Assembly (NCBI GenBank): GCA_951406725.2
Contig: OX597819.1
Coordinates: 53,382,001 to 53,446,000 of the forward strand
DNA: 64,000 bases
Source: Octopus vulgaris
Lineage: Eukaryota
Direction: 5' to 3'
Made by a program: the position numbers and the translations under genes. Under the pieces are notes generated by a model, which was not told the origin of the DNA, ran no database searches, and was given only the letters and a program-made list of their open reading frames with translations. Position 1 is the first letter of the stretch, and each line of letters opens with the position of its first letter. Shown here one piece after another: positions 26,801 to 40,068 of the stretch.

Positions 26801-28949
26801 TTCATTAGATTGTTTCAACCAGTTTAGCTGCTGTAATTAGATAACACAATGGTTGTTGTTGAGAATTTTTCTCTACAATGTGACAGAATAATCAAATTGT
26901 CATGATCAGCAGTTTTTTGTCAGTTATTCATATGATGATGATAAACTGAGCAGAGAGCAATATTCAGTTTCAATAAATACTAAGGCAAGATATAACCAAA
27001 CATACATTACGTCTTCAATAAGCAGAGAAACGTGTTAAAGATAATACTGCATGGATAAAATATTAACATTATTGTCACAGTAACACACATTTCAATCATA
27101 ACTGAATTTCAATGTTTATGGCATGCATTACTTTGAATGGTAGTGATGACTAACATTACTTACCAGGAATGCCTTCTTCAGATTCAAAAAACAAAAAGGC
27201 CTAACTGAAAGAGAGGGTTCAACCCTTATCCATTTCCCAGTAAAGCAATATTTCCCCCCCTGGCCAGATACATTTCCACTGAATATTGGAAACGAATAGC
27301 ACTGCTTGTGTGACAGTGACACTCATTTACAACCATCACACACACACACATGGCATTGGTCAGCCCAGGAATATAGTAGAGGTGCCACACAGTGAGACTG
27401 AACCCCAAACCAAGTGATTAGGAAGCAAACACCTTAACCTGGCTTCCACAATGTGTAACTTATTGAAATTATAACACTCCCCGCTTGAATGGGACAACAA
27501 TCAGTCACAGGTTAACTCCCCAGGTATTATGAAACTCACAGATGAGTAAAATAAAATGATTTTTTTTCCTTCAGAAACACAATGCACCACCCAGTTCTGG
27601 AATTGAAACCATGATCTCACAATCCTGAGAGTAATAGCCTAACAACTAGGCCATGGAAATAAGAATGACATATTTTACAGACTTGGTTATACTTATAAAG
27701 ACAATGAGGATAATAATTTCTGAATACCATTTTGTAGTCCCCACTAAGCAAAATCCAGGGACAGGAAAACGGGGGTGGGGAGTATTAGAGGCAGCAAATA
27801 TTCTCAGTCCACAACCAGGACCTTTGCAACCTAAGCTCACTAAAAATATAAACTGTAAAGAACTTGGGACTTCCTCTCCGTACATAAAACAAGAAGTACA
27901 TAAGGAACGCCACTACCTAATAAAGTAACACTCTTTATCAAGAATGTGGCTATCCAAGAAAATAGCAGCTAATGTAGACTACAAAAAGCATACATCACTC
28001 AGACTGCAGAAAGATGATTCTAGACATTATAAACATCAATTTGAGATAGGAAAGAACAACAGGCCTATTGACGCGAGTTGAACTATGAACCTTTTGATTG
28101 ATGGCCAACCTTGTTACCAATAAACTACAGAAGGTTTGACAAACTCTATTTCTCAAATTAGGAATATAATATAAATATATTTCTGCAGCTATTTTTAACT
28201 GTATTATTGTATTGCAACAAGATAATGTCTAAATATCATTTTCATTCTATCTTAGTAGTCAGATCATGATTATCTTCAGATGTTGATGATAATGAGGAGA
28301 AGAAGCGAGAAGGAGAGAGATGGTGATGAGAGATCACAAAGTAATTAGAATAAGACCAGGAACTCTAAGACACTAAATTCTAAAAATAAAATTTAAGAAA
28401 AAAAGAAAGAAACATTTTCATCTATAATAAAGAACTATAACATGACATATCTATTCATGAACCATCTTAAAATTAAATCTTTCAAACCAAAATGATGTTC
28501 CTACATCCAAAATAATGTGCTATCTATATCAGCCCCCACTGTAATCTGACAACCACGAAAGATCAAACCAATGTGGGAAACCCAACACAGTTGCTCAAAC
28601 TGCTAAAAAAAGCAACCAAATTTTATTCAAAGTATGGCCAGAGGGAGAGAGAGAGGAAGGAAGGAAGGGAGGGAGGAAAGAAAGATGATCATGATTAGAA
28701 CATTTTTGATAAACACAGGTCTTCTGAATAAAACTTTTCTGATCTAGGGTTAAACCAAAATAACCTGCAGCAGTGTAGAATGGAAGAGCCATTGGTTAGA
28801 GACTGTCTGATGAGTTGAAGAAGTTACAGATACAGTTTCCAGTCACTCTAATTTTAATATGTCCCCCTGCTTTCTCCTAAATGCCCACTACAAATAACAG
28901 ATATTTTTTTTATAAGAAAATCAGTGACTGACCTCTCTATAAAGGTGTA

Positions 28950-30238
28950 CAGAGTGTGGCAAATAAATTATCATCTAAATTATGCAAAAATTAAAATAAC
29001 ACTGACATCTCATTTTAACAGATATATTTACCAAAATTACATAAAAATATCTTTAAATATTAAAGAGTAAATTTATTCAATAAAATTGCCATTGGCTTCA
29101 ACCATGCCCTCCAAATAACTTCAGAATCTCCTGCAACTCTTCTGAACGGTCTCCTTGTTTAAGTTGGTGAATGCTGCCATAATCCTTGCCTTCAGTTCAT
29201 CTTGGTGTTACAAGGAGTTCTGTTGGTCTCTCACTCAACTGCACTCCACACATAATAATCAAGAGGGTTGCAATCTGGGGAGTGAGGTGGCCAGATGTTA
29301 GGGGTGATGTGGTTGCAGAAATTATCTGACAGCTATGACTGGGTTCTCCTGGTTATGTGGCAAGGTGCAGAGTACTGTAGCCAGACATAGGGTCTTCCAG
29401 CAGCCACCCTCTTCCCCCAGGGCAGCACTACTTCCTCCAGGCACTTGTTATAGGCCTCCATGTTGAGTTTGAGGCTGTATGGGAAGATGAAGGCATAACA
29501 TTGCCATCACTAGTGATCACTCCAAACACCATGATGTTGACTAGATATTTAATTTTTATGACTCTTGATACATGTTTTGGGGACACAGCAAGCCAATAGT
29601 TGTTCTGTGCTCACCATTTGATCCTGACAGAAAATTTTCTCATCTCAGAAAAACCAAAGCATATTTGGTTGGAGGGGACACTTGAGTTTGTTCAAAAGCT
29701 TCATAGCACCGTCTTTCCTTTTGTCCTTGATGCCTTGGGATAAAAATTGGCCTTTTCTCATTTTGTATGAAGAATACTGCATGTTTTCATGCACAACCTG
29801 TCTAATATGAAACTCAGGCACTCCCATGTCCCTGGCAATGGGGCTGATTGACTTGGAGGGATCATTGTTAATCATGGCCTGGATCTCATCAACAAATTCA
29901 GTTCTTTTCTTATCCGAATGATCAGAGTGAGTTTTTCAAGCCGTCATACCTTCGTAATCACCATTAGACTGACTCATCCAACTCTTTCTGAATCCTCTGC
30001 CCTCTCCTCAGATTGACACCCAAACACTTTGAAAGGTTCATATTGGAGCTTCCAATGAAAATGCCAAGCAGTTGTTTCCAAATTTCTGGCAGAGTGAATT
30101 GCATCATGGTGCTGCTTTTCTCACAGATAGTGCCCAACAGACCTTACTATACTGTGTAGTCAACAAAATCAAGAATAAACAATGCACAAGTGCAAAATTA
30201 GAAATATAGAATGGTGACAATTTACCCAATGCACCCTG
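28950..30238 (-). mobile_element. Full-length (1289 bp) decayed Tc1/mariner-superfamily transposon, maT/DD37D type
   Basis: TA flanks at 28948-49 and 30239-40. Degenerate TIRs: CAGAGTGTGGCAAATAAATTATCATC versus revcomp CAGGGTGCATTGGGTAAATTGTCACC. Transposase motifs inside. Confidence 0.9.
29073..30107 (-). pseudogene. maT-type transposase pseudogene with stops and frameshifts
   Basis: Motifs WFFSDEK, YVWLQ(Y)SAPCH, IWPPHSPDCNPLDYYVW and terminal VEANGNFIE*. There are 37 residues between the second catalytic position (mutated D to Y) and the third D. Confidence 0.85.
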
Positions 30239-31489
30239 TATATATTCAGTGTAATAAAATCCAAAGCTGCCATGGAGAGATAATGAATCTGATTAAACAC
30301 CAAAAAATAACTGTCTCACAACAGTATCCATATGACATTAATAGTTACATATCACAGATTGTCAGTCACATGCAAAATATTTTTTTACAAAATTATTTAA
30401 GTTGGATGCTCTTCCTGTTGCTAACCCCGATCTGTTTATCAAAGAACTTCATTTCTTTTTTCCTCTCATTTTTAAAAGCACAGAGATTGAGGACCATTTA
30501 CTGACAGAGAATGTCAACAAACATTACCATTTTAAGCTCAACATTTTCAGATGAAGACACATAATGCATACATTCACACATGCACACACACAAACAAACA
30601 AACAAACACAATTATATTTTATGCACAAAACAGTGTCAATAAGAAGGACTGACAGAGATCTTTGAATATGAGGAAACAATTTGCAAGGATAGCAAACTGT
30701 AAGACTGTAAACACATTCCCCTTATGCTTTTGTTATGCAGAAAAGGGCATCTCTTGATAGACTTGCATACAGTTTCAGTCAACCAATTCCACTCACAATG
30801 CATTGGCTGACCTGAGGACTCAGTAGAAGACATATGTCCTAAGTAAGCATGCAGGGAAATAGAACTCAAGACCATATCCACACAGCCATGCCCATGTTAA
30901 TATTTATTCTATTCATTTATTCCATTATCAGTTTCAACCAGAGGCTGTGGCCATGCTAGAACAATGCCATAGCAAGCATTTTCCTATTACATCAACTCCA
31001 GTGTTCAACTGGTATGGAATTTATCAACCCTGAAAGGATAAAAGGCAAACTCAACCTCAGTGGAATTTCAACTCAGAACATAAAGAACTAGAAGAAATGC
31101 CACTAAACATTTTATTTTGACTAGTTAACAATCTTGCCAACTTGCCACCTTTTTTATATGAGTATTGAATCTAAACTTAGTATCAAAATCTTCCGATACA
31201 TCCAAAGTTAAATATCAATAATTAAAAGCAAATATATACCTGTATAGATATATAATGTACATTGACTTCGTTTGAACTGGAGCCTATGGCAATTTTCTTA
31301 GAAACAATTTGTTACTACTCTTAGACCAGTGCATGCTTAGCAGAGAATATAGATAATACAAGGTCATTACAGGGGAATGACTAATTTTTGCAGGTAGAGT
31401 AAAAAAGAAAAAGTTGGAAAAAGCTCTTATGCCCCTTAGGATCTCTGTACATTGTACTTCATATGAACGCCTATAAAACTGAATACTAC

Positions 31490-31539
<50 letters not shown>

Positions 31540-34500
31540 CAATTGAAAATTTTTTAACAGAATAACATGGAAAGATAAGGAAAGTAAAAAAACATATCAA
31601 AGCTTCAGGCTTTCCCAAGATTATCCAAGGATACTTTCAACAACTGTGAGAAAACGGTAAAAGGAGAAAGTTTTTTTCTTTTGTAACAATAAAGTTTAAC
31701 TTTGTCTCATATCTATCTATCTATCAATCTATCTATCTATCTGTGTATGTGAAGACATGTATATATTCATACAAACGTCTGTATACACACACATACACAA
31801 AAGAGGCTGGCTTCCAATAATCTTCACTGTGGAAGCAACTGTATGCAAATCTGTTTCAAATAGTTTAAAAGGTTTCTGAAGATATTATAAGGAAATATCA
31901 AAATCAAACCATCAGATAAATAAACCAAGATAGACTAGAAAATGGAGAGAGAAAGAGAGGGAGATTTCCTTTCAGATAACAAGTTTATTTACTATTAACA
32001 ACGTTAACCTAATATAAACTGGTTTTGAAATTAGCTTAATTACAAAAACTTGCAACAATACAAATGGAAAAATGAACATGAGAAGGACAACAATGGTTCT
32101 CAGAAAAAAAGTTGGAATAACAAGATGGAAGAAACATACAAATAATGAGAACTCCCCCACCCATGATAAAATATTTAAAACAATAATAACAATGCCTTAC
32201 TATACATCAGATATAAGATAGGATATATCTTAGCTGTAACATCTTATATTAGATAAGAAACATTGAAACCATAACAACAACAATGCTGATTCCTTGCATT
32301 GGGACAATGGAAGAAATCTGTAGAGAAGGGATATAATTGATCGAATTATAGCCCGAAAAATTACTGGTACTAATTTGTGAATTTGCGTAGCCTAGTGGTG
32401 AAAGTGTGGAACTAACAATCGTAAGGTCATGGTTTTGGTTCCCAGACAGGGCAGGGCATTGTGTCCGCAAGCAAAACACTTCATTCCACATTCCTTCAGT
32501 CTATTCAGTTAAAAGTGAATGCCAGCAGAGCTTAACCCAGTGAGGGACTGGTAACCCATTCAGGACTTATGCACCATGGAAAAATAAAGATAAGCTCAGG
32601 CCTAAGAAGTCTGCAGACTTTTGACAGACATAAGACTAAAGCAGGGCAGATTTGCTGTACTTGATAACACAAGTCAAGCTAAGTAGACTTGCTGTCTTCC
32701 ACACATACAGGTTTGTTCTTTCAGGTGCTGCTGCCACTTGAGAAGCATCCGTGTTGGAGCTGCATGTAAAATGCACCCGGCACACACTGTTAAGTGGTTG
32801 GCATTAGGAAGAGCATCCAGCCATACAAACTATGCCTCAACAGACAGCTGGAGTTTGGATAGCTCCCTACTAGCCAGCTCCATGTCAAACTGTCCAACCC
32901 ATGCAAATGTTAAATGATGATGATGATGATGGACAGGGGGTAACAGAAACAATCTGCCCTGGGTGGCACTTTTAATGGAAGTGGTAATTTCAGATCTGTA
33001 GTATAAGCCTGTATAGGGTTGGGAGAGTGAAGGCTAGCAAACTCAAGGGCTGCCCTTGGTGCCAAACTCTCTAGCTATGTCACTGGACAGAGACAAATTT
33101 ATCAATTCTCCCTAGTGGTATAAAAAGCAAAGTCAACCTTGGTGAGATTTGAACTCAGAATGTAGATGAACAGAACTAAATCCTCCAAAAAGTATTTACT
33201 CTAACACTCTACCACCTCGGCTGACTGCCCACAAATTACTATGATGTTAATGGCTATAAAAATAACATTTTTAATTATTGTTTTTGTTGCTTGGTGGTAG
33301 CCAGCATTTATTTCTATGTTTAACATTAACAGTAATTAATTAGACAGCATTTCAACTTTTTTTTTTTTTTTTAACAATAAACCAGAATAAATATATTGGC
33401 TTTCAAAGGCTGTAAAAGCTGTAGAATTACACACTTATTTCTGTTGGCTCAATCAACAGGAAACATGATCAAATGTTTGGCACATTCTTTTTAATACAAA
33501 ATCAAAAAACTATTTTTGCACCATAACACAACAGATGACCATGTCTGAAATCATTTTACAGTTGTTCATAGGGTGAAGGAAGAGAAACTTAGAGAATTTT
33601 CTATCTTTGCTTTAGTATTACACATAAAACAGAAACGTTTTCTATCAAAGCAGTCCTTTAATAATTGGAATTGTTGCTAGTGCTGTTGTTCATTCTAGTC
33701 ATGGCCATCCCTTCTTATTGTATATCTGGGACTAACTGTCCTGTGTCTTTTCATTTAAAAAAAAAAATTTTTTTTTTTTTTTTAAATTTTAATAAGTTGG
33801 TAGAATGTCTTTGTGAAAAGCTATGGCTTTTATCAAAGGTCCATTCAATCAGAGCAATTTTTTGGTGAAATAAAACAAGAACATGAAAGCTTGAATGCTG
33901 AAATTAAGCATTTAAACCAGTGATATCTATCTCAAATATGCTACCTGTCATATGTTTAATCTGATTAGATCCAGCTTCTCACACCTACCCAACAACGCTA
34001 CTCATATAAATAATCACATTATGAAAATCCTGAAGCTTCAAAATAATATATGATTAATTTAAAACAATGTGAATAAATAAGCATTACATTTGACAGAGTA
34101 ATCTGAATGCTAAAGTGTTAAACAATCATCATCATCAACACCACCACCAAAAACATCTTATTCGAAGTGTCTAACCCATGCCAACATGGAAAATAGATGC
34201 TAAACGTTGACAATGATGATGATGTATGATCAAGATAATATTCTATTACATAAGTGTAAGATGTATACTTCAGTTTAACTATGAAAATATTAGTCAAGCA
34301 AATCTGGAGTTCTTTTATTATAGCATGCCTGAAAAATACATCATTTTTGAAAAGGTAGTAATTATTATCAAACTGTTTACATAAGATATTATCTTTTTAT
34401 ATTCAAATCTTTTTTCCTCCCCCACACACAAAAATGTTAACAGCTGCCACATTTATCATCATTATCATTCCAAGTATGTTCTTCCATGTTGGCTGGCAAG

Positions 34501-35894
34501 GATATAAGATGAGTACACTAGATCAACTTTCCTATCTGATATCTTCCTGAATCTATTCTTCTGCATGTCCCATTTATTTTAGCTAAACCCAAACAACCTC
34601 ACTTCAAAATATGGCTCTCTGCTGTTTCAGTTATCAAACAACAACAATATTCCTACAACGATTACATTTAATCCTGCCTCCTACATCCCCACTTTTTGTC
34701 ATTTTATTCTCCCAACATGCCTAAATTATCTTCCTCGGCCATTTTCATTGAATGTAGCTTTGAGTAATTTTGTTAAAACCCAACCACCTCAATTGATATT
34801 TCAGCCCCACATTTATAAACACTACATGTAAATGTTAAACTTATTACATTACACATTGCTTCCATCATATGCAACACATAAGTTGCCTAACTCCTGCCAC
34901 TCATCAAGTTTTACTATTATGACACATAGTACTAAACACCCAGATAGAAAATATATCTAATCACACTCTGTGTAGTCTGACACAGTCGATTAAGATTTCT
35001 ACATTTTGCAATTTAAGTATTGTCATGCTTGTGACTTCATATTTTATGTACAAAGTGTACTGGCTCACACAAAGCAAATTAACTATACATTATATATACC
35101 CAATACATTCTACATCAAAACTAACCTCCATGTGGCTATTAGGTCTGCTAAAATTAGCAGCCAAACCTTTTCCAAATCACTCATTCCCATTTCCAACAAG
35201 AGGATATATTGCAAAACATAGCCCTACATACTTCTAAAAACATGAGCGGTCACATGTAGAATGCTTTTTGATCATAGTTTACTCTATCAGGATTGACATA
35301 CTGCTAAATAAGAATAAACAATACATTATTTATTATATATCCAAAAGTGACCTTCACTATTTATTAAAAATTACTATTCAGTTATTTCAAACACCAGAAA
35401 GGTTTATAGAATTCATACAAGCTTCTAATTGCAGAGTTATTAAATTGACCAGAGTCTCAGGAAGAAGGGTAGTCACTTAAAGGAGCAGAAGAATTATGGA
35501 TTAAAAAGGGATGGACAAATCCTCAGAATTGTAATCCTTTCTACTATAGGCACAAGGCCTGAAATTTTGGCAGGAAAGGGTTTATAAATTACATCAACCC
35601 CAGTACTCAACTGGTAATTATTTAATCAACCAAATTCCTACCAAATTTCACTCACAATGCATTGGCCAAACCAAAGCCACACCAGAAATCACTTGCTGAA
35701 TATTGAAGTTCAACCTCTAAAACCACATGATTATAAAGTGAACTTCTTAACTACCAGTCATTCCTGACCTATATATAACATCAAAAGTCTTCAAGTGATT
35801 CCTCTCAACTCAGTGGGTCACAGGACTCATTCAAATTTCAAATACAATATCTAACATTACTACAAAACTTATGCACTGGCTTCACCATCTCACA

Positions 35895-36087
35895 CAGGGC
35901 TGTGGAGTCAAAACAAAAAACTTCAACTCTGACTCCTCTTTATGTAATTAAGTGATTGTGTCATAAAACATATGTATATGCTTGTACTTTGAGTAGGCCT
36001 ATATGTTATAACTGGTTTATATTAAAATATAAAGACATTGTAAGTTGGAATCAGAGTCGGTATAGTTTTACCGACTCCACAGCCCTG
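35895..36087. mobile_element. hAT-type MITE (193 bp)
   Basis: Perfect 15-bp TIR CAGGGCTGTGGAGTC / GACTCCACAGCCCTG and perfect 8-bp TSD ATCTCACA. Confidence 0.9.
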
Positions 36088-36902
36088 ATCTCACATAACA
36101 CATTTACTCAATACAATTACACTGGCTACAACAATTAACATTTCCCTCACACTTATTATATAAACCATTGCAGGTGGCACATAAAAAAAAAAAATCAACC
36201 TTTGAACGTTGGGCCCCATGGAGGAAAAGTGGCTGAGTTCCTTTCATGCATTTGGCTTGACAGAGGCAAAGTGGCTGAGTTCCTTTCAAGCAATGAGCCT
36301 GATGGAGGTAAAGTGGCCGAGTTCTTTTCAAGTGTTGGGCCTCACGGAGGCAATGACCAAGACCTTTGACATTATGTCAAGCTTGAGAAGAAGACCCATC
36401 AAGCTAAGCAAAATTGCAGTAATGTCAGATACCAGTGTCATGCAAATGGCACCTATGCCAGTATCACATAAAAGCATGTATTACACTCTCAGAGTGGTTG
36501 GTATTAGGAAGGGAATCCAGCCATAGAAAACCATGCCAAATCAGACGAACCTGGCGTAGCCATCCAGCATGCCAGCCCAGTCAAACTGTCCAACCCATGC
36601 CAGTGTGAACAAAGGATATTAAATGATGATGGTGATGATGATGATTAGCTGCACAGGTTAGACCAGGGATTCCCACCCTTATTTTGCTTGTGGACCCCCT
36701 GAGAGCTATTTTACCTGTGTACCTTATATATGAACATGTAAATTTTTGAAATAAAATATTTGTTTGTAGGTTAGTAAAAACTAACAATGAAACAATTTCG
36801 TTATATTCATAACATAAATTCCAAATACAAATCTTGAGAATTTCAATAAATACAGGTACCTCTCCTAGTAAACAAAATTTATATGTGGACCCACAAATTA
36901 CC

Positions 36903-37235
36903 ATGTGGCTTAGTGGTTAGGGTATTTAGCTCACAATCTTAAGGGCATGAGTTTGATGCTTGCCAGCATGTTGTGTCCTTGAGCAATGCACCTTATTCTT
37001 CATTCCTCCAGTCCACTCAGCTGGTTAAAATTAGTTGTACCTGTAATTCAAAGAGCCAGCCTTGTCATATTCGCATTCGGTGTGTCACACTGAATGTCCC
37101 TGAGAACTATGTTAAGGATATGTGTGTCTAAGGGGTGCTCAGCCACTTGCACTTTAGTTTCCTGAGCAGGCTGTTTCTTTGGTCGAATCAAATGGAACAC
37201 TTGTCGTCGTAATTGACAGAGAGCCACCACAGCTA
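36903..37235 (+). mobile_element. tRNA-derived SINE, family C (Meta-domain-like GTGTCCTTGAGCAA..CTCCAGTCCACTCAGCTG); older copies at about 24000-24225 (-), 27480-27655 (-), 32390-32580 (+), 53720-54065 (+) and 63750-63990 (+)
   Basis: A box GTGGCTTAGTGG, B-box remnant and shared body between copies. Confidence 0.7.
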
Positions 37236-37251
37236 TTAGAAACTTTCTTTT

Positions 37252-37488
37252 GAGGCAGTGAGCTGGTAGAAACGTTAGCACGCCGGGTGAAATGCTTAGC
37301 AGTATTTCATCTATCTTTACGCTCAGAGTTCAAATTCCGCCAAGGTCAACTTTGCCTTTCATCCAATTGGGGTCGATAAATTAAGTACCAGTTATGCACT
37401 GGGGTTTATGTAATTGACTTAATCCCTTTGTCTGTCCTTGTTTGTCCCCTCTATGTTTAGCCCCTTGTGGGCAATAAAGAAATAAGAA
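37252..37488 (+). mobile_element. tRNA-derived SINE, family B (central TTTCATCCTTTCGGGGTCGATAAA..AGTACCAG, Nin/Deu-domain-like)
   Basis: A box AGCTGGTAGAAACG, B box GAGTTCAAATTCC; many copies in the window. Confidence 0.85.
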
Positions 37489-37740
37489 ACTTCCTTTTAA
37501 TACACCGATTGTTTCCTCAGTCATTCAAAAACCTGCTGCATAGCTCTCTGTCAAATCTAACTGCACAAACCCCTCAACTACAGCCTCAACTGACCAATGC
37601 CATATGAACAAATTTGATGAACAAAAATTGTGAGTAAATACATCACACATACATGTTTGTGTATGTGTAAGTGTCTTTGTGTTTCTCTCTTACTATTTGA
37701 CAACTGTTGTTCGTTTAAATGTCATGAGCAGTATCAGTAC

Positions 37741-38127
37741 CACAAGGCAATCTTCATATCCAACTTCATGTGGATATCTTGTTAGAACGCTAAATACTGT
37801 GTTATTAGCCTTCAGAAACCCTCTTGTGTAAGCCTACTGGCTAATTTGCAACATCGGTCTCTGAAAGATGCTAACATTTCATCATGGCAATTAGATTTGG
37901 CCAGTATGTGGTCACCAGATATCTCCCCCTGATGAGGGTCAGTAGACTGAAATCACGTGATATGGGAATTCTGGTATACATAACAGACAATTCTCATCTG
38001 CCACAATCTAAGTCTGTGCCTTCATACACCATGCACCTATATGAGAGAATCTCTCAATGCTAATACTGTAGTATATGGTGTTCTAACAAGGTATCCATTA
38101 TAAGCTGGATATAAATATTACCTGTTG
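37741..38127 (+). mobile_element. ~390-bp self-complementary unit carrying the hammerhead (retrozyme-like or Penelope-derived)
   Basis: 37741-37833 is about 70% identical by eye to the reverse complement of 38035-38127. Further pairing (ttagatttggc/gccacaatctaa; tatgtg/tacata) continues up to hammerhead stem I. Confidence 0.55.
37914..37975 (+). ncRNA. Type I hammerhead ribozyme motif, possibly decayed
   Basis: Core CTGATGA (37929-35); stem II GGTC-agta-GACT; GAAA (37949-52); palindromic stem III ATCACGTGAT (37952-61); NUH triplet AUA (37960-62); stem I TCCC/GGGA plus ACCAGA/TCTGGT. Confidence 0.75.
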
Positions 38128-38659
38128 TTTGTTTGTCTGTTCACATCCACACTGGCCTCGTGCCGGTGGCATGTAAAAAGTACCATCCGTTCATGGCCGT
38201 TGCCAGCCTCACCTGGCCCCCGTGCTGGTGGCACATAAAAAGCACCATCCGATCGTGGCCGTTTGCCAGACTCGTCTGGCACCTGTGCCTGTGGCACGTA
38301 AAAAGCACCCACTACACTCATGGAGTGGTTGGCATTAGGAAGGGCATCCAGCCGTAGAAACATTGCCAGATCAACTGGGCCTGGTGCAGCCTTCTGGCTT
38401 CCCAGACCCCAGTTGAACCGTCCAACCCATGCTAGCAATGATGATGATGATGATAACCTAGCAATTCAACAAAAAGAGACCCGTAAAATAAGAACATAAC
38501 TAAAAAAAGTACTGGGTGTCAACAAGATTGACTAACCTCTTCAAAGTTGTGCCCCAGCAAGGCCATAGTCCCAAAACTGACACTATTAAAGGAATAACCA
38601 TATATGGTTTCACTTTGATGAAATATGTGTACATACAAGCAAACAAAGTAGCCTCTACA

Positions 38660-38835
38660 TAATCAACCGACTTGCTAGAAACAGCAGCCAAATCTCCTTC
38701 AGACTACACCATATTTTCTTAAATTAAGGAAATGATTCACTAGATAATGTAGTCTTAAACAGCCTTAAAAAGAACAAATGACCATGGTCAGAATGCCTTT
38801 AAATCATAGGTCTACTCCATCAGGGTTGACATGTG
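38660..38835 (+). repeat. Dispersed repeat family E (GCTAGAAACAGCAGCCAAATCTCC...CAGGGCTGAC); other copies at about 2258-2445, 19095-19230, 42370-42530 and 45370-45560 (+), and 6890-7090, 25770-25960 and 62140-62330 (-)
   Basis: Recurrent homologous blocks; class not determined. Confidence 0.6.
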
Positions 38836-39311
38836 TACATATGAGTTGAAAGGAAAAGTATGTAATAAGGGGACTTCATAGAAATTCCTTAAAAATAGCA
38901 ATATTAAAGTTTGGCTTGTAAGTTTTTCAACAAGATGACGGCATAGATGTAAAAATTTGTTCAAATGGGAAATTTTACGCAATGGTCTTTTGACATTAAC
39001 GCAAATGTATCGAACTTCTTAAGCATGAGAGATAAACATGACATATTCTTTTCTTTTGCTTCTAATGGAAAAGAAAATTATGCAGCTTTCAATGAATAGA
39101 TTTATTCACAAAACTGTCAAGATATAAACTGCTTGTAATTTAAAATCAATAGAAAAATTCTTCAAGCTATAATCGTCAAGGGAAGTAACTCTCATTTTTT
39201 TCAATGATAATCTCCCTTACAACATAATACACTCTCTTGACTTACTCCATGTAACACCCCCCATCTCTATCTCGTTATCAACTGCGAAATGAACTCTGCG
39301 TTTATTTAAAC

Positions 39312-40068
39312 CAGTGGTTCTCAACCATTTTTTTTTTTTTTCATCTACAGAGACTTTTAATTACTATTCTGTTCTGGTGGGCTCCCAAAGCCATACGATG
39401 TTTAAAAGCTCGTGTGATACTCTTTTCAAAATTCTTATTTTGTTTATCACAAACTTGTGTTTGTTGAACTATTCTTTAATTCTTTTACTTGTTTCCATCA
39501 TCTGACTGCAACCAAGCTGGAGCACCGCCCTTAATCGAACAAATCAACCTCAGGACTTATTCTTTGTAAGCCGAATACTTATTCTATCGGTCTATTTTGC
39601 CGAACCACTAAGTTACAGGGACATAAACACGCCAACATCGGTTGGCAAGCGAAGGTGGGAGGACAAACAGAGATATAAACATTATATATCGTAAATTGAT
39701 CATATATATATATATATATATATATACACACGACGGGCTTCTTTCAGTTTCCATCAACCAAATCCACTCACAGGGCTCTGGTTGGCCTGACGCTATAGAA
39801 GGCACTTGCCCAAGGTGCCATGCAGTGGGACTGAACCAAGAACCCTGTGGTTGGGAAGCAAGCTTCTTACCACACAGCCATGCCGTATGTAAAACGTTTG
39901 CTAAAAAAGGCTAGCTGTTTCTTGCAATAAATACATCTAAAGCAAAACTTTTTCACGGATCCTTCAAACACTACTGTGGATTTCCAGTATACTATTTTGC
40001 ATGCACTGAGCCACAAAGGTCTTATACGGGCCCTCCTGGGTCATATAGACCCTGGGTGAGAACCACCA
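39312..40068. mobile_element. hAT (Charlie-like) MITE, interrupted by a SINE at about 39480-39884
   Basis: TIR CAGTGGTTCTCAACC / GGGTGAGAACCACCA and perfect 8-bp TSD ATTTAAAC (39304-11, 40069-76). Confidence 0.85.
39480..39884 (-). mobile_element. SINE family A nested in the hAT MITE
   Basis: Homologous to the 13212 and 40186 copies. Confidence 0.85.
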
